Source: SAR324 cluster bacterium REDSEA-S27_B3
GTDB taxonomy: Bacteria; SAR324; NAC60-12
NCBI GenBank assembly: GCA_001627865.1
Contig: LUQO01000003.1
Location: 38,092-102,091 of the forward strand
Reading direction: 5' to 3'
Length of the DNA stretch: 64,000 nucleotides
Numbering within the stretch: the stretch's first letter is position 1; each line of letters starts with the position of its first letter. Both the position numbers and the translations under genes were made by a program. This document shows positions 39,522 through 50,352 of this stretch, piece after piece. Under the pieces are notes generated by a model. It was given only the letters and a program-made list of their open reading frames with translations, had not been told where the DNA came from and did no database searches.

Positions 39522-40787
39522 TTAAGAAATCAAATCCGAAATTTTTACAGGCTTCTGTTCATGTAGCTGCAAATCCCGGATAACTACCTTGTCTTCAGAC
39601 AACTCCTCCGGAAAGAGTAGGATTGCTTTTGCTGCGCCTGATTCATTTGCCTGCCGCATAGATTTTTTCATTTTTTTCATACTGAAATTACAGTCCACAA
39701 CTGAACCTTTCATGCGTAATTCAGACGCAATTTTCAAAGCAATTCCCACTTGCTCACTGGCAAATGGAATAATTGTGTAGTCCAGTTTTTTTTGCAGTTC
39801 CGGAAATCGATTCAACTCTTGCAACACATCCAGAACCACCACATCACCAAAGCCGAATCCTACTGCGGGTACTGTTTCACCTCCAAATGTTGAAAGCAGT
39901 GAATCGTAACGCCCACCGCCGCAGATTGCGCGGTGCTTTTTTTCAGGACTGTTAACCTCAAAAACTGCTCCGGTGTAATAGGAAAGGCCTCTCACAATGG
40001 AAATGTCAAATTTGAGGTAACCGGAGTATCCTGCTGTATCCATCAATTCCATCAAGTGTTGTAATTGCTCAATTCCTGTAGTATCTGTCAGGTTTTCTTT
40101 TAGTTCGTTCAGGTCTGATTCTGAAAGAAATTCATTTAACTGCCCAACCTGTTTTGCAGACAAACCTGCATCTTCCAGCATTTCACCCAAGTCTTTTGCA
40201 GAAATTTTGTCGCGTTTATCAAGTATTACCAGAACAGTACTATGCAGCTCTACAGGCACATTAATCTGAGTTAAAATCGCGTTCAGAATACGACGGTCAT
40301 TGATAAAAACCTGAAATTCATTTGCCGTAAGTCCCATAGATTCACATGCGGAAATCAGCAGCATCAGAATTTCTGCTTCTGCCACCATCTCAGGTTGACC
40401 AATTATGTCCGCGTTCCACTGAAAATGTTCTCGACGCCTCCCTTTGGTCATTCTCTCATAGCGAAAGCATTGCGGCATCGAAAACCACTTTATCGGGAAT
40501 GACAATGATTTATTATGCTGAAGAACAAGTCTCGCAAGAGATGGAGTCATTTCAGGACGCAGACTCAATCGTCTTCCGCTTTTGTCCTCAAAACTGAAGA
40601 GCTGCTTGCTGATTTCGTCTCCTGCCTTGCGGATATAAAGATCTTCATGTTCCAGCACACAAGTATCATATTCTTCAAAACCCGACTGTACCGAAACGCT
40701 GCGCCACACTTCAAATAACCAGTTGCGCAGTCGCATTTCTTCCGGGAAGAAATCACGCGTACCCTTTACAGGCTGTAAATCAATCAT
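39522..40787 (-). CDS. hisS: histidine-tRNA ligase
   Basis: KGTRDF, LRPEMT, FRYER, VRGLSYYTG, GGGRYD, AVGFGFG. Confidence 0.97.
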   Translation of the reverse strand: MIDLQPVKGTRDFFPEEMRLRNWLFEVWRSVSVQSGFEEYDTCVLEHEDLYIRKAGDEISKQLFSFEDKSGRRLSLRPEMTPSLARLVLQHNKSLSFPIKWFSMPQCFRYERMTKGRRREHFQWNADIIGQPEMVAEAEILMLLISACESMGLTANEFQVFINDRRILNAILTQINVPVELHSTVLVILDKRDKISAKDLGEMLEDAGLSAKQVGQLNEFLSESDLNELKENLTDTTGIEQLQHLMELMDTAGYSGYLKFDISIVRGLSYYTGAVFEVNSPEKKHRAICGGGRYDSLLSTFGGETVPAVGFGFGDVVVLDVLQELNRFPELQKKLDYTIIPFASEQVGIALKIASELRMKGSVVDCNFSMKKMKKSMRQANESGAAKAILLFPEELSEDKVVIRDLQLHEQKPVKISDLIS

Positions 40788-40845
40788 GTTTGGTTTTTTT
40801 CTATGCTCTGTATACTAAAACAGGTAATAAGCTGCTTAATCCTGT

Positions 40846-41757
40846 TCAATTATTAAATGCCAATTCCGGAATTTTTTTAAAATCTTCCCACGCCAAAGGC
40901 ATTGCTGAGCGATTACGTAAGAGGTAAGACGGGTGAAAGGTGGGCAAAACAGTCCAATTTTCATATTGTTGAATCTTTCCACGTGCCTTGGTAATCCCGG
41001 GCAGCTCAGGAATTAAAGTTTTTGTTGGAATATTGCCGAGAGTTACAATCAATTTTGGATTCAATATTTTGATTTGCTGTTTGATGATTGGGAGACAGCA
41101 CGATATTTCTGCAGGAGTAGGATTCCTGTTTTCAGGAGGTCTGCATTTTACAATGTTAGTGATATAAACATCAGATCGTTCAATCCCCAATGCACTGATC
41201 ATTTTGGTTAAAAGCCTGCCTGCTCTTCCTACAAAAGGTTCTCCTTGAGCATCTTCATCTGCTCCTGGTCCTTCTCCAAGAAACATCACAGTGGCATTAG
41301 ATAAACCTCTGCCAAATACCAAATTTTTTCTGGTTTTACCCAGAGCACATCTTTGACAATCCTCATACTTTTGAAACAATTCCGACAGAGTGTTAATTTT
41401 TTTTGCTGATTCCTGATGTATCACAATTTGAGCAAATGCTTTGGTTAAAGACTGCTGTTTAACCTTGTTTCCTTTATCCTGATTTTCTGCAATATCTGCT
41501 GGAGGAGGAAAAAACTTTGGATGTGTATTTTTGTACTGAATCATTCCGGATTGATCTGGATGATTCGGGAAGGAAGTTTGTTTTTCCTGTTGCTTTTGAG
41601 AAATATCTTTTTCAACTGGAATTATTGCTCCCAAACCTTCTATCACTCTTCTTAGCTCAACCCTGGGCATTGCTTCAATGTTCATGTAATTTTGCCCTTT
41701 TTTGTGAACAGTCTGCAATTGATTTTCAATTTGCAGAAGCAGAGCCGAATAATCCAA
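40846..41757 (-). CDS. family 4 uracil-DNA glycosylase with N-terminal extension
   Basis: CQRCAL, GEGPG, PFVGRAG, NIVKCRPPENR, TFHPSYLLR. Confidence 0.92.
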   Translation of the reverse strand: MDYSALLLQIENQLQTVHKKGQNYMNIEAMPRVELRRVIEGLGAIIPVEKDISQKQQEKQTSFPNHPDQSGMIQYKNTHPKFFPPPADIAENQDKGNKVKQQSLTKAFAQIVIHQESAKKINTLSELFQKYEDCQRCALGKTRKNLVFGRGLSNATVMFLGEGPGADEDAQGEPFVGRAGRLLTKMISALGIERSDVYITNIVKCRPPENRNPTPAEISCCLPIIKQQIKILNPKLIVTLGNIPTKTLIPELPGITKARGKIQQYENWTVLPTFHPSYLLRNRSAMPLAWEDFKKIPELAFNN

Positions 41758-41897
41758 ACTATTCTCCAGTGTGGTTATCTTTTTAAACTAATGTTTTCAG
41801 TGAAATAACTTGATTAAAGTAAGATATTGATAAATTTATTCATATTGACATCAATAGTTCTTCAGGGTTTGAAATGTATGTAATGAAAATTTTTTGT

Positions 41898-43253
41898 CTA
41901 CAATATGTAACGGCTCAAATCCTGGTTTTTCAACAGGCTTGAGAGCCTGCTTTGAATATATTCCGGAGTCACAGTTATTTTCTGATCTTTCAATTCCGGT
42001 GCTGTAAAACTGACTTCTTCAAGCAGCTGTTCCATAACAGTGTGAAGTCGGCGTGCTCCTATATTTTCTGAATCTTCATTTATTTGACAGGAAATTTCTG
42101 CGATTGTGTCTATTGCGTCTTTGGTAAATTCCAATTCAACACCTTCTGTTTTCATCAAGGCGGTATATTGAACAATCAGCGCGTTTTTTGGTTCAGTAAG
42201 AATCCGTACAAAATCTTTTTTATTCAATGAGAGCAGCTCAACACGAATCGGGAACCGTCCCTGCAGTTCCGGAATCATGTCAGAGGGCTTTGTCAAATGG
42301 AATGCTCCCGCGGCAATAAACAGAATATGGTCTGTCTGAACAGGTCCATATTTTGTGTTGACCGTTGATCCTTCGACAATCGGCAATAAATCCCGCTGCA
42401 CACCTTCTCTGGAAATATCCGGCCCCTGGGAGTGGCTCCGTCTTGAGGCTATTTTATCAACTTCATCTAAAAATATAATCCCGCTTTGTTCAGCGCGTTT
42501 TACTGCGTCTCTGGAGACTTCTTCCATGTCAATCAGTTTGCTCACTTCTTCCTGTTGCAGGATATCTCGCGCGTCCTCAATGCTGACTCGTCGGCGCTTA
42601 GACTGTTTGGGCATCATATTCGCGAGCATATCGCGTATATTTAAATCCATGTTGTCATTCATGGAAATCGGCATAAATTCCATCACTGCGCCTGATGGCT
42701 TCTCGGAAACATCCAATTCAACAATCCTTTCGTCCAAAACTCCAGAGCGAAGTTTTTTACGGAATTTCTCCCGAGTTGGATTTTGTGCTGGTTTTTCATC
42801 CGGATTATCTTTATCTCCGTCAGCCGGTGGCAGCAGCAAATTAAGCAAGCGTTCTTCCACCATCTCTTTGGCTTGTTCCTGTTTGCGCTCCATTTGTTCC
42901 TGTCTCACCATATTGACTGAATAATCCGTCAAGTCTCGTATCATTGATTCAACATCACGTCCAACGTAGCCCACTTCAGTAAATTTTGATGCTTCAACTT
43001 TTACAAATGGAGCATTCACCAGCCTGGAAATTCTGCGTGCAATCTCAGTTTTGCCTATACCTGTGGCACCAATCATAATGATATTTTTTGGCAATATTTC
43101 GTCTTTCAAATCATCTCCCAGTTGCAGGCGTCTCCAACGGTTACGCAGGGCAATTGCCACAGCTTTTTTTGCATCAGTCTGACCGATGATGTAACTATCC
43201 AAAGCATCAACAGTTTCCTGAGGGGTCATATTGTTTTCGGCAGTTGATGTCAT
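41898..43253 (-). CDS. hslU: ATP-dependent protease ATPase subunit
   Basis: [51 protein letters not shown]. Confidence 0.98.
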   Translation of the reverse strand: MTSTAENNMTPQETVDALDSYIIGQTDAKKAVAIALRNRWRRLQLGDDLKDEILPKNIIMIGATGIGKTEIARRISRLVNAPFVKVEASKFTEVGYVGRDVESMIRDLTDYSVNMVRQEQMERKQEQAKEMVEERLLNLLLPPADGDKDNPDEKPAQNPTREKFRKKLRSGVLDERIVELDVSEKPSGAVMEFMPISMNDNMDLNIRDMLANMMPKQSKRRRVSIEDARDILQQEEVSKLIDMEEVSRDAVKRAEQSGIIFLDEVDKIASRRSHSQGPDISREGVQRDLLPIVEGSTVNTKYGPVQTDHILFIAAGAFHLTKPSDMIPELQGRFPIRVELLSLNKKDFVRILTEPKNALIVQYTALMKTEGVELEFTKDAIDTIAEISCQINEDSENIGARRLHTVMEQLLEEVSFTAPELKDQKITVTPEYIQSRLSSLLKNQDLSRYIL

Positions 43254-43257
43254 TTGA

Positions 43258-43779
43258 TTAAAATTCCAATTCTTCGTAGGTTATTTTGTCATTAGTGTAA
43301 ATACAAATATCAGAGGCAATTTTCATTGATTTTTCTGCGATTTCCCGTGGACTGAGTTTTGTATCAATTAGCGCGCGGGCAGCCGAGAGAGCATACATAC
43401 CGCCTGAACCAATTCCTATCAACCCATCATCCGGCTCAATCACATCTCCGTTACCGGAAATAACAAGTGAGGCTTCAGCGCTTGAAACTGCCAGTAGTGC
43501 TTCCAGGTTTCTCAGCATTTTATCAGTACGCCATTCCTTGGCCAGTTCAACTGCTGAACGCAACAGCTTTCCATTATACTGCTCAAGTTTTTCATCAAAT
43601 TTTTCAAATAGTGTGAAAGCGTCGGCTGTTGAACCGGCAAATCCGGCAATAACCTTACCATCAAAAGTATTGCGCAATTTTCGCGCGGACGGTTTCATTA
43701 TGGTGTTTTGCATAGAGACTTGACCGTCTCCTGCCATCACTACGCGATTATCTTTGCGCACACTGAGAATAGTAGTCAT
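43258..43779 (-). CDS. hslV: ATP-dependent protease peptidase subunit
   Basis: N-terminal [21 protein letters not shown]. Confidence 0.98.
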   Translation of the reverse strand: MTTILSVRKDNRVVMAGDGQVSMQNTIMKPSARKLRNTFDGKVIAGFAGSTADAFTLFEKFDEKLEQYNGKLLRSAVELAKEWRTDKMLRNLEALLAVSSAEASLVISGNGDVIEPDDGLIGIGSGGMYALSAARALIDTKLSPREIAEKSMKIASDICIYTNDKITYEELEF

Positions 43780-43895
43780 AGAACAAATTAATCTGTTAGT
43801 ATTAGGCTTTTCAGTTTTTATATCTTATCAGCTGACAAGCCATTGTCCAGACTAGAGATACATACAAGGTCAATACTAAAACGCCTGATTGACCA

Positions 43896-44465
43896 TCATT
43901 CATCGGATAAAGCCTGAAAATAGCCAACAATGTAATTATAAGCGCTCCAGAGAGAAATTGCCGTAGCAACCCAGAGCATCGCAATACCAATCTCATTGCA
44001 TGGGAGGCCTAATGTGGGATAATGTATTATGAGGAAACCGACAGCAATCATTTGTGTTATTGTTTTGCTTTTGCCGCCACTGCTCGCCGCAATTACCACT
44101 CCTTCTGCAACGGCAATTGATCTTAGACCGTTAATAACCAATTCCCTGGCAATAAGGATTACTGTCAAATATGCAGGTGCTCTTTCCATGGCAACAAGAA
44201 GAATTAACAGTGAACAAATTAAAATCTTGTCCGCGACAGGATCCAGCAATTTCCCAATCTTTGTGGTTTGCCCCTGATGTCTGGCAATGGCGCCGTCCCA
44301 ATAGTCAGTCAGACAAGCAATCAAAAAAACAAGCCATGTGCCTAGCAGAATCCACCGATCGTCTTTTCCAATTACCATACCTGCATAAATAAAAGGCACC
44401 AATGCCACACGCAATGTTGTTAAATGGTTGGCGGTAAGCCATTTTGAAAAAAATGCAACCATCAA
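43896..44465 (-). CDS. pgsA: CDP-diacylglycerol-glycerol-3-phosphate 3-phosphatidyltransferase
   Basis: NHLTTLR, TDYWDGAIAR, GKLLDPVADK, RELVINGLR. Confidence 0.93.
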   Translation of the reverse strand: MMVAFFSKWLTANHLTTLRVALVPFIYAGMVIGKDDRWILLGTWLVFLIACLTDYWDGAIARHQGQTTKIGKLLDPVADKILICSLLILLVAMERAPAYLTVILIARELVINGLRSIAVAEGVVIAASSGGKSKTITQMIAVGFLIIHYPTLGLPCNEIGIAMLWVATAISLWSAYNYIVGYFQALSDE

Positions 44466-44616
44466 AAAAAATTCCTGTCTTGAGTTATTTGCTCTGTCCA
44501 GATATGATGCGTCGATTCATAAAAAAAAGCAATTAACCTTTGATTCTACTTAAATTTAGTGAAAAGAATACGTTTGATCTCAGATCACTATTAAGAACTC
44601 CAAAATTTATTATTTT

Positions 44617-45930
44617 ATGCGCTTTAAAGTAATCGGCTGGAATTTCAGAAAAACACCCATAGAGGTCCGGGAAAACCTCGCTTTGACTAAAGAGCAGCAG
44701 ATAGAACTGGGAGGCAGTCTTGTAAACCGCTTCAATCTGGATGGTGTAGCAATCCTGAGCACATGCAACCGCACAGAATTTTTCCTGATCAACGCAGAAC
44801 AGCAGCTGGAACAGATTATAGAAATGCTGCAGAAATACTGGAAAAATTCAGATCTGAAAGAAAGTGTTTACACATTTAGTGATTTAGATGCTGCAAAGCA
44901 TCTATTCAGAGTCGCGTCCAGTTTAGACTCCATGGTACTTGGAGAACCCCAAATACTTGGCCAACTCAAAGATTCATTTCAGAATTTCAGTCAAGCCGGC
45001 CTGACGGGGAAACTGCTTCATCATCTATTTACACGAGCATTTTCTACAGCAAAGCGAGTCCGTACAGAAACCACTGTTGCAAGTAACGCCGTTTCTGTCA
45101 GTTATGCTGCTGTAGAACTTGCTAAACATATTTTTGAAGATTTGTCTAAACAAACTGTGATGGTGATTGGAGCAGGAGAAATGGCGGAACTGGCCCTTCA
45201 ACACCTCATGCGGAACGGACTGTCGGATCTATATGTAACAAACAGGACTTTTTCCTGTGCTGCTGAGCTTGCTGAAAAATATAAAGGGGTAGCTGTTCCT
45301 TTTGAAAATCTCAGTCGGCATCTTCATCGAGCAGATATTGTCATCAGCTCAACCGGCGCACGAAGCTATATCATTTCACCCGAACTTGTGAAACATTGTT
45401 TGCATCAGCGCAAGGGTGATCCCATGTTTTTTATTGATATTGCTGTTCCAAGGGATATTGACCCTGAAATCAATAAGTTGCATGGAACGTTCTGCTATGA
45501 TATCGATGATTTACAAGCTATTGTTTCTCAAAATCAGGAAGAACGGCAGAAACAATCATTAAAGGCAGAAGAAATTGTTGAAGAAGAATTACTGAAGTTA
45601 AATCTATGGTTTAAGTCACTTTCCGCAGTTCCGACAATCAGAAGTCTGCGCAAGGCATTCCATTCCACTGCAGAAGAGGAACTGAATAAAGTATTTCGGC
45701 GAATGAAAAATCTGCCTGATTCTGAACGCAAAGAAATTGAGCAATTTGTTCATCGGCTTGTACATAAACTTTTGCATGATCCTTCACGCAACCTTAAGGA
45801 ACTCTCAAAAGAAGAAGACGCGCACCTATATTTGGAATCAATTGAAAAATTGTTTGACCTGAGCCCTGCTCCGTTAATATACGATAAAAGTTCAGAGCAA
45901 AAGCCAAGACTTAAAATTGTAAAATCCTGA
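44617..45930 (+). CDS. hemA: glutamyl-tRNA reductase
   Basis: STCNRTE, HLFRVASSLDSMVLGEPQILGQ, GAGEM, DIAVPRD. Confidence 0.97.
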   Translation: MRFKVIGWNFRKTPIEVRENLALTKEQQIELGGSLVNRFNLDGVAILSTCNRTEFFLINAEQQLEQIIEMLQKYWKNSDLKESVYTFSDLDAAKHLFRVASSLDSMVLGEPQILGQLKDSFQNFSQAGLTGKLLHHLFTRAFSTAKRVRTETTVASNAVSVSYAAVELAKHIFEDLSKQTVMVIGAGEMAELALQHLMRNGLSDLYVTNRTFSCAAELAEKYKGVAVPFENLSRHLHRADIVISSTGARSYIISPELVKHCLHQRKGDPMFFIDIAVPRDIDPEINKLHGTFCYDIDDLQAIVSQNQEERQKQSLKAEEIVEEELLKLNLWFKSLSAVPTIRSLRKAFHSTAEEELNKVFRRMKNLPDSERKEIEQFVHRLVHKLLHDPSRNLKELSKEEDAHLYLESIEKLFDLSPAPLIYDKSSEQKPRLKIVKS

Positions 45931-45933
45931 CGC

Positions 45934-46896
45934 ATGCCCAACGCTTTATCAAAAAGCGGCAAAAAAAATCCCACCTTAACTATCGCAACCCGTGGAAGCA
46001 CCCTTGCTCTCTGGCAAGCAAATTGGGTAAAAAACAATATACTGAAACAGAATTCTGAAATCACAGTTGAAATATTAACTGTAACCACGGCCGGTGACCG
46101 CAATCAGCAGCAACCTCTTTCAGAGATTGGAGGAAAAGGGCTGTTTGTCAAAGAGTTGGAAAATGCTTTGCTTGACGGTCGAGCTGATCTTGCAGTTCAC
46201 AGCATGAAAGATGTAACCGGTTTTTTACCGGAAGGATTGGAAATTTCTGTGATTGCTGCAAGGGATGACCCCGGAGATGCCTGGATCAGCCCAAAACATG
46301 GGACCTTCCACAAATTCCCCAAAGGAGCTGTTGTTGGAACAAGTTCATTGCGTCGAACAGCGTTCTTGAAACATCACAGACCTGGTATAAAAGTACACAG
46401 TTTGCGCGGTAATGTACCTACAAGGCTTGGCAAACTGGATCAGGGAGAAGTTGATGCCATCATTTTGGCAGTTGCAGGATTAAAGAGAATAAATCTTGAG
46501 ACTCGTATCACTGAAGTACTGCCGATGGAATGGATGCTGCCTGCTATTGGACAGGGTGTAATTGGGATTGAAACTAGAGTGGGTGATGAAGAAACCCTGC
46601 GTTGTATTCATCATATTCATGATGCTGCAACTCATGACTGTCTGCTTGCAGAACGATCTTTGCTGACGGAGCTTGAAGGTAATTGTCAAATTCCATTGGC
46701 TGGATATTGCATCAATAAAGGAGATGAGTTACATTTGCAGGCCGCTCTTTGTGATCCTGATGGTAAATCGATGTTACGATACGAAGCACAGGCACAACCC
46801 CATAATGCTGTCAGTCTGGGAAAGCATGTGGCTGAATGGATGCTCAATAATGGCGGAGATGAAATATTGCACAAGTCACGAGCTGCAATAACATGA
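45934..46896 (+). CDS. hemC: hydroxymethylbilane synthase
   Basis: TRGSTLALWQA, GKGLFVKELE, AVHSMKD, GTSSLRR, LRGNV. Confidence 0.97.
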   Translation: MPNALSKSGKKNPTLTIATRGSTLALWQANWVKNNILKQNSEITVEILTVTTAGDRNQQQPLSEIGGKGLFVKELENALLDGRADLAVHSMKDVTGFLPEGLEISVIAARDDPGDAWISPKHGTFHKFPKGAVVGTSSLRRTAFLKHHRPGIKVHSLRGNVPTRLGKLDQGEVDAIILAVAGLKRINLETRITEVLPMEWMLPAIGQGVIGIETRVGDEETLRCIHHIHDAATHDCLLAERSLLTELEGNCQIPLAGYCINKGDELHLQAALCDPDGKSMLRYEAQAQPHNAVSLGKHVAEWMLNNGGDEILHKSRAAIT

Positions 46897-46949
46897 CTAA
46901 GATGACTTGATTTTCACAGCATTTAGCTCAAATAGACAGGCTTTATCAA

Positions 46950-48335
46950 ATGAGTATTTTTTGGAAAATTGCAGTAATCGGTTCCGGACCCGCAGGTTTT
47001 TATGCTGCCGGGGAACTTTTCAGGCAGCAGTCCTGGTCCATAAAAGTGGACATGTTTGACCGCCTCCCGACTCCTTTTGGACTGGTGAGAGGAGGTGTTG
47101 CTCCAGATCATCAGAAAATTAAATCTGTTACAAAAATATACAACCGCATTGCCGAAAACGAAAACTTCAGGTTTTTTGGAAATGTTGAATTTGGCAGGGA
47201 TATTCACAGGTCAGATTTACTTGAGCTTTATGACGCGGTAATATATTCAGTAGGAAGCCCATCTGACCGTTCGCTTGGAATTCCTGGTGAGGATTTACCA
47301 GGCAGCCATTCTGCCACAGAGTTTGTGGCCTGGTATAACGGACATCCGGATTTTCGTAATCATAAGTTCGACTTGTCTGTAAAAGATGCCTTTGTGATAG
47401 GTATGGGCAATGTGGCGCTTGATGTGGCACGTATTCTGGCAAAAACCCCGGAGGAGTTGTCCAAAACCGACATCACGGACTATGCGCTGGAGTCGCTGTA
47501 TGAAAGTAAGATTGAAGATATTTGGCTGGTAGGAAGACGCGGGCCACTGCAGGCGGCATTCACACCGGTTGAAGCCAGAGAGTTTTTGGAACTGGATAAT
47601 GCCGATGTTGTGTTGGAGGGAGGTCCATTTGAATTGGACAAAGCAAGCCAGCTCATTCTTGAAACTGAAGCCAGCAAAGATACAAAGAAAAATATTGAAA
47701 TTCTTAAGCAAATTTCAGCTAAAAAATCTTCTGATAAAAATAGGCGTGTACATTTCCTCTTTCTTGCCTCTCCGCTCGAAATTATGGGAGAAGGAAGAGT
47801 TGAGAAAATCAGGATGGTAAAAAATAAATTAGTGAAACAGGATGACGGCAGTTTGCGTCCCAAAGCAACCGATGAAATTATTGAAGAAAATGCAGGATTA
47901 ATTTTTCGCTCAATCGGATATCATGGCAAACCTCTTGTTGATGTGCCATTTGATCAGAAGTCCGGAACTATTCCTAATGAGTCAGGACAAGTCATAGATT
48001 CAGATGATTCGAATTCACTCCTCAGCCGTGAGTACGTTACGGGATGGATCAAGCGTGGTCCAACAGGAGTGATCGGCACCAATAAGCAGGACGCTGTGGA
48101 AACCGTTCACCGTTTGCTTGAAGCTTTTCTTCAGGAAAAAATTGAGCCACGGCAAACATCCAATAGCTCAGAAATTGAATCATTGCTTGAATCACGAAAT
48201 GTAGATTATGTATCTTTTGAAGACTGGAAGCTGCTTGATGAACATGAAACTGAGACGGGACTGGCACAGGATCGTCCAAGAGTGAAGGTGACTGCTATTG
48301 ATGAAATGCTTGAAATAATCATGGATAAAAGGTGA
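46950..48335 (+). CDS. ferredoxin-NADP+ reductase, adrenodoxin-reductase/FprA type
   Basis: GSGPAGFY, PFGLVRGGVAPDH, GNVALDVAR, GRRGP, GWIKRGPTGVIG. Confidence 0.92.
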   Translation: MSIFWKIAVIGSGPAGFYAAGELFRQQSWSIKVDMFDRLPTPFGLVRGGVAPDHQKIKSVTKIYNRIAENENFRFFGNVEFGRDIHRSDLLELYDAVIYSVGSPSDRSLGIPGEDLPGSHSATEFVAWYNGHPDFRNHKFDLSVKDAFVIGMGNVALDVARILAKTPEELSKTDITDYALESLYESKIEDIWLVGRRGPLQAAFTPVEAREFLELDNADVVLEGGPFELDKASQLILETEASKDTKKNIEILKQISAKKSSDKNRRVHFLFLASPLEIMGEGRVEKIRMVKNKLVKQDDGSLRPKATDEIIEENAGLIFRSIGYHGKPLVDVPFDQKSGTIPNESGQVIDSDDSNSLLSREYVTGWIKRGPTGVIGTNKQDAVETVHRLLEAFLQEKIEPRQTSNSSEIESLLESRNVDYVSFEDWKLLDEHETETGLAQDRPRVKVTAIDEMLEIIMDKR

Positions 48336-48344
48336 TTCAAAGTT

Positions 48345-49514
48345 TCAACTGTCAAAACCAACCGCGTCTGCCACATTCTTAATACTGTCCTGTTCAAGCA
48401 ATTGTGACAGCTCACGTTTAATTCTCCTTACCAATCCCGGACCTTCATAGATCAGCGCAGTATAAATCTGCACCGCAGCAGCCCCAGCCCGGATTTTTTC
48501 ATAAGCATCCTCGCCGTTAAAGATGCCTCCCACTCCGATGATTGTCACTTCTTTTCCTAATTCCTTAAATAAAGTCCGGATCACTTCAGTGCTGCGTGCC
48601 TTGAGTGGTTTACCGCTGAGTCCTCCCTGCTCAATTTTCAGGCTGCTTTTCAGCTGTGAACGATCCATCGTGGTGTTGGTGGCAATAACCCCCTGAATTG
48701 GGAATTGCTGAATAACCCTAACACAGTTTCCCAGTCCCTCCTCATCCATGTCCGGAGACAGTTTAACCAGCAAAGGGGTTTTCCGGAAGTGATTCTGATC
48801 CAGTTTTTCACGACATGAACAAACAGACTCCAGCAACCCACTCAGCATTTCTTTTTGCTGCAACTTTCGCAAATCTTCTGTGTTCGGAGAGCTGACATTG
48901 ATTGTGAAATAATCAGCAAAGGGATGAAGCGCGCTGAGGGCGGAAACAAAATCTTCATTGGCCTTTTGCAGAGGAGTGTCCTTATTTTTACCAATGTTTA
49001 TGCCGAGTATCCCGGATGCAATATTAGCCGGATAATCGCCGGATTGGTCTATTAAATCAGCCTCATCCGGATTGATTTTTTTTGTTCCGGAGACAAGCCT
49101 TTCTGCCATTTTCCATACACCTTGATTATTGAAGCCCAGGCGGTTGATCAAGGCCTGATCCTCAGGCAGCCGGAAAATACGGGGTTTAGGATTGCCTGAT
49201 TGAGAACGTGGAGTGACAGTGCCTATTTCAGTAAATCCAAAACCAAGCGCGAACATGGCAGGATGTATGCGTCCGTCTTTATCAAATCCCGCCGCAAGAC
49301 CTATTGGATTTTGTACATTTTTTCCAAAAAGCTTAGTACGCAGGATTGGTTGTTCCTCCCGGAATTGCCAACGTAAAAAAGGGTTAATTCCGGGAAACTT
49401 TGAAACGATCTCAACCAACGAGAGCATCCGTTCATGTGCTGTCTCCGCGTCACTCGAAAAAAAGAGAGGCCTCAGTTTACGAAAAATAAAATTAACTGAG
49501 GAATTCATTTTCAT
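48345..49514 (-). CDS. pyrD: quinone-dependent dihydroorotate dehydrogenase
   Basis: NPIGLAAGFDK, GTVTP, INRLGFNN, NIGKNK, NVSSPNT, GGLSG; start set at ATG 49514. Confidence 0.96.
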   Translation of the reverse strand: MKMNSSVNFIFRKLRPLFFSSDAETAHERMLSLVEIVSKFPGINPFLRWQFREEQPILRTKLFGKNVQNPIGLAAGFDKDGRIHPAMFALGFGFTEIGTVTPRSQSGNPKPRIFRLPEDQALINRLGFNNQGVWKMAERLVSGTKKINPDEADLIDQSGDYPANIASGILGINIGKNKDTPLQKANEDFVSALSALHPFADYFTINVSSPNTEDLRKLQQKEMLSGLLESVCSCREKLDQNHFRKTPLLVKLSPDMDEEGLGNCVRVIQQFPIQGVIATNTTMDRSQLKSSLKIEQGGLSGKPLKARSTEVIRTLFKELGKEVTIIGVGGIFNGEDAYEKIRAGAAAVQIYTALIYEGPGLVRRIKRELSQLLEQDSIKNVADAVGFDS

Positions 49515-50058
49515 CCCATGCTTCAGACTCGAAGACGTAAAGGTCAGCTTCCTCATCACGCCAGCTGCCTTCAGGCAAATCTGCCTTGCGGCACAGTTGA
49601 TCAAGGAATGTTTCACGGTCCCATCCGTTTGAAACTGCCACTTCCGGTAAAAAAAGCGCTCCCTGATCACCTATGTTGAGCATCACGCCATGTTTCCCGA
49701 TTTCAACATTTTCAGGTTTTGAAGATTTCAACGGGGAAAGTACATTAATCTCAATAAACAGTTCAGGTAACTCATAGATAGTCACTGAAGGAAAACGTGA
49801 ATCATCCACCGCAGAGGATATTGCTGTTTTTGCAACCGCTTCAATTAAAGAGTAACGTGGTTTTGACTGACCGATACATCCGCGTAAATCACCGGTTTCT
49901 CTATTCCTCAAAGTTACAAATACTGCACGTTTTTGGCGCAATTCAGCAGACTCAGTAGAAAATTCAATGTGTTGTCCGCTATCCAGATAATTTCCCAGAG
50001 ATTCCCTTGCCACAAGTAAAAGTTTGAGCCTGTTTTCTGAGGAGTACTGAGATGTCAT
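49492..50058 (-). CDS. amrA: AmmeMemoRadiSam system protein A (AMMECR1 domain)
   Basis: AVFVTL, LRGCIG, DSRF, GKHG, LFLPEV, LCRKA. Confidence 0.9.
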   Translation of the reverse strand: MTSQYSSENRLKLLLVARESLGNYLDSGQHIEFSTESAELRQKRAVFVTLRNRETGDLRGCIGQSKPRYSLIEAVAKTAISSAVDDSRFPSVTIYELPELFIEINVLSPLKSSKPENVEIGKHGVMLNIGDQGALFLPEVAVSNGWDRETFLDQLCRKADLPEGSWRDEEADLYVFESEAWDENEFLS

Positions 50059-50158
50059 AAGTTCACGTTTTACAGTGAGTTAACTGCTGATGAATCCATA
50101 CTAAAGTGTAGCATGAATTTGAGGATTAAAAAAAACTTCAATTTACATTATATTTTGC

Positions 50159-50186
50159 TTGACATTTATATTTGAAATAATATAGT
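50159..50186 (+). promoter_or_regulatory. sigma70-like promoter upstream of the large lipoprotein
   Basis: TTGACA-N16-TATAGT preceded by an AT-rich UP-like tract. Confidence 0.55.
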
Positions 50187-50352
50187 GAGCATTCGAAGTT
50201 GTCTTCGATGGAGTTGTGACAACTCTTATTGAATTGCAACTAAGCTGTTTTTCATCAATGCTCGGTCAAAAGAAAGCATAATCCTTATACTGATCTGATT
50301 TAGTTGACGATGGAAAAAGAAGCATTGGTTTAAATTTCACTAAGGAGGAAAA

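Noticed and set aside
42355-42924. 189-aa antisense ORF
   Set aside because: Codon-mirror shadow of hslU
49515-49670. N-terminal extension of PyrD in the ORF track
   Set aside because: Lies within amrA in another frame; ATG at 49514 or 49508 gives a normal PyrD N-terminus
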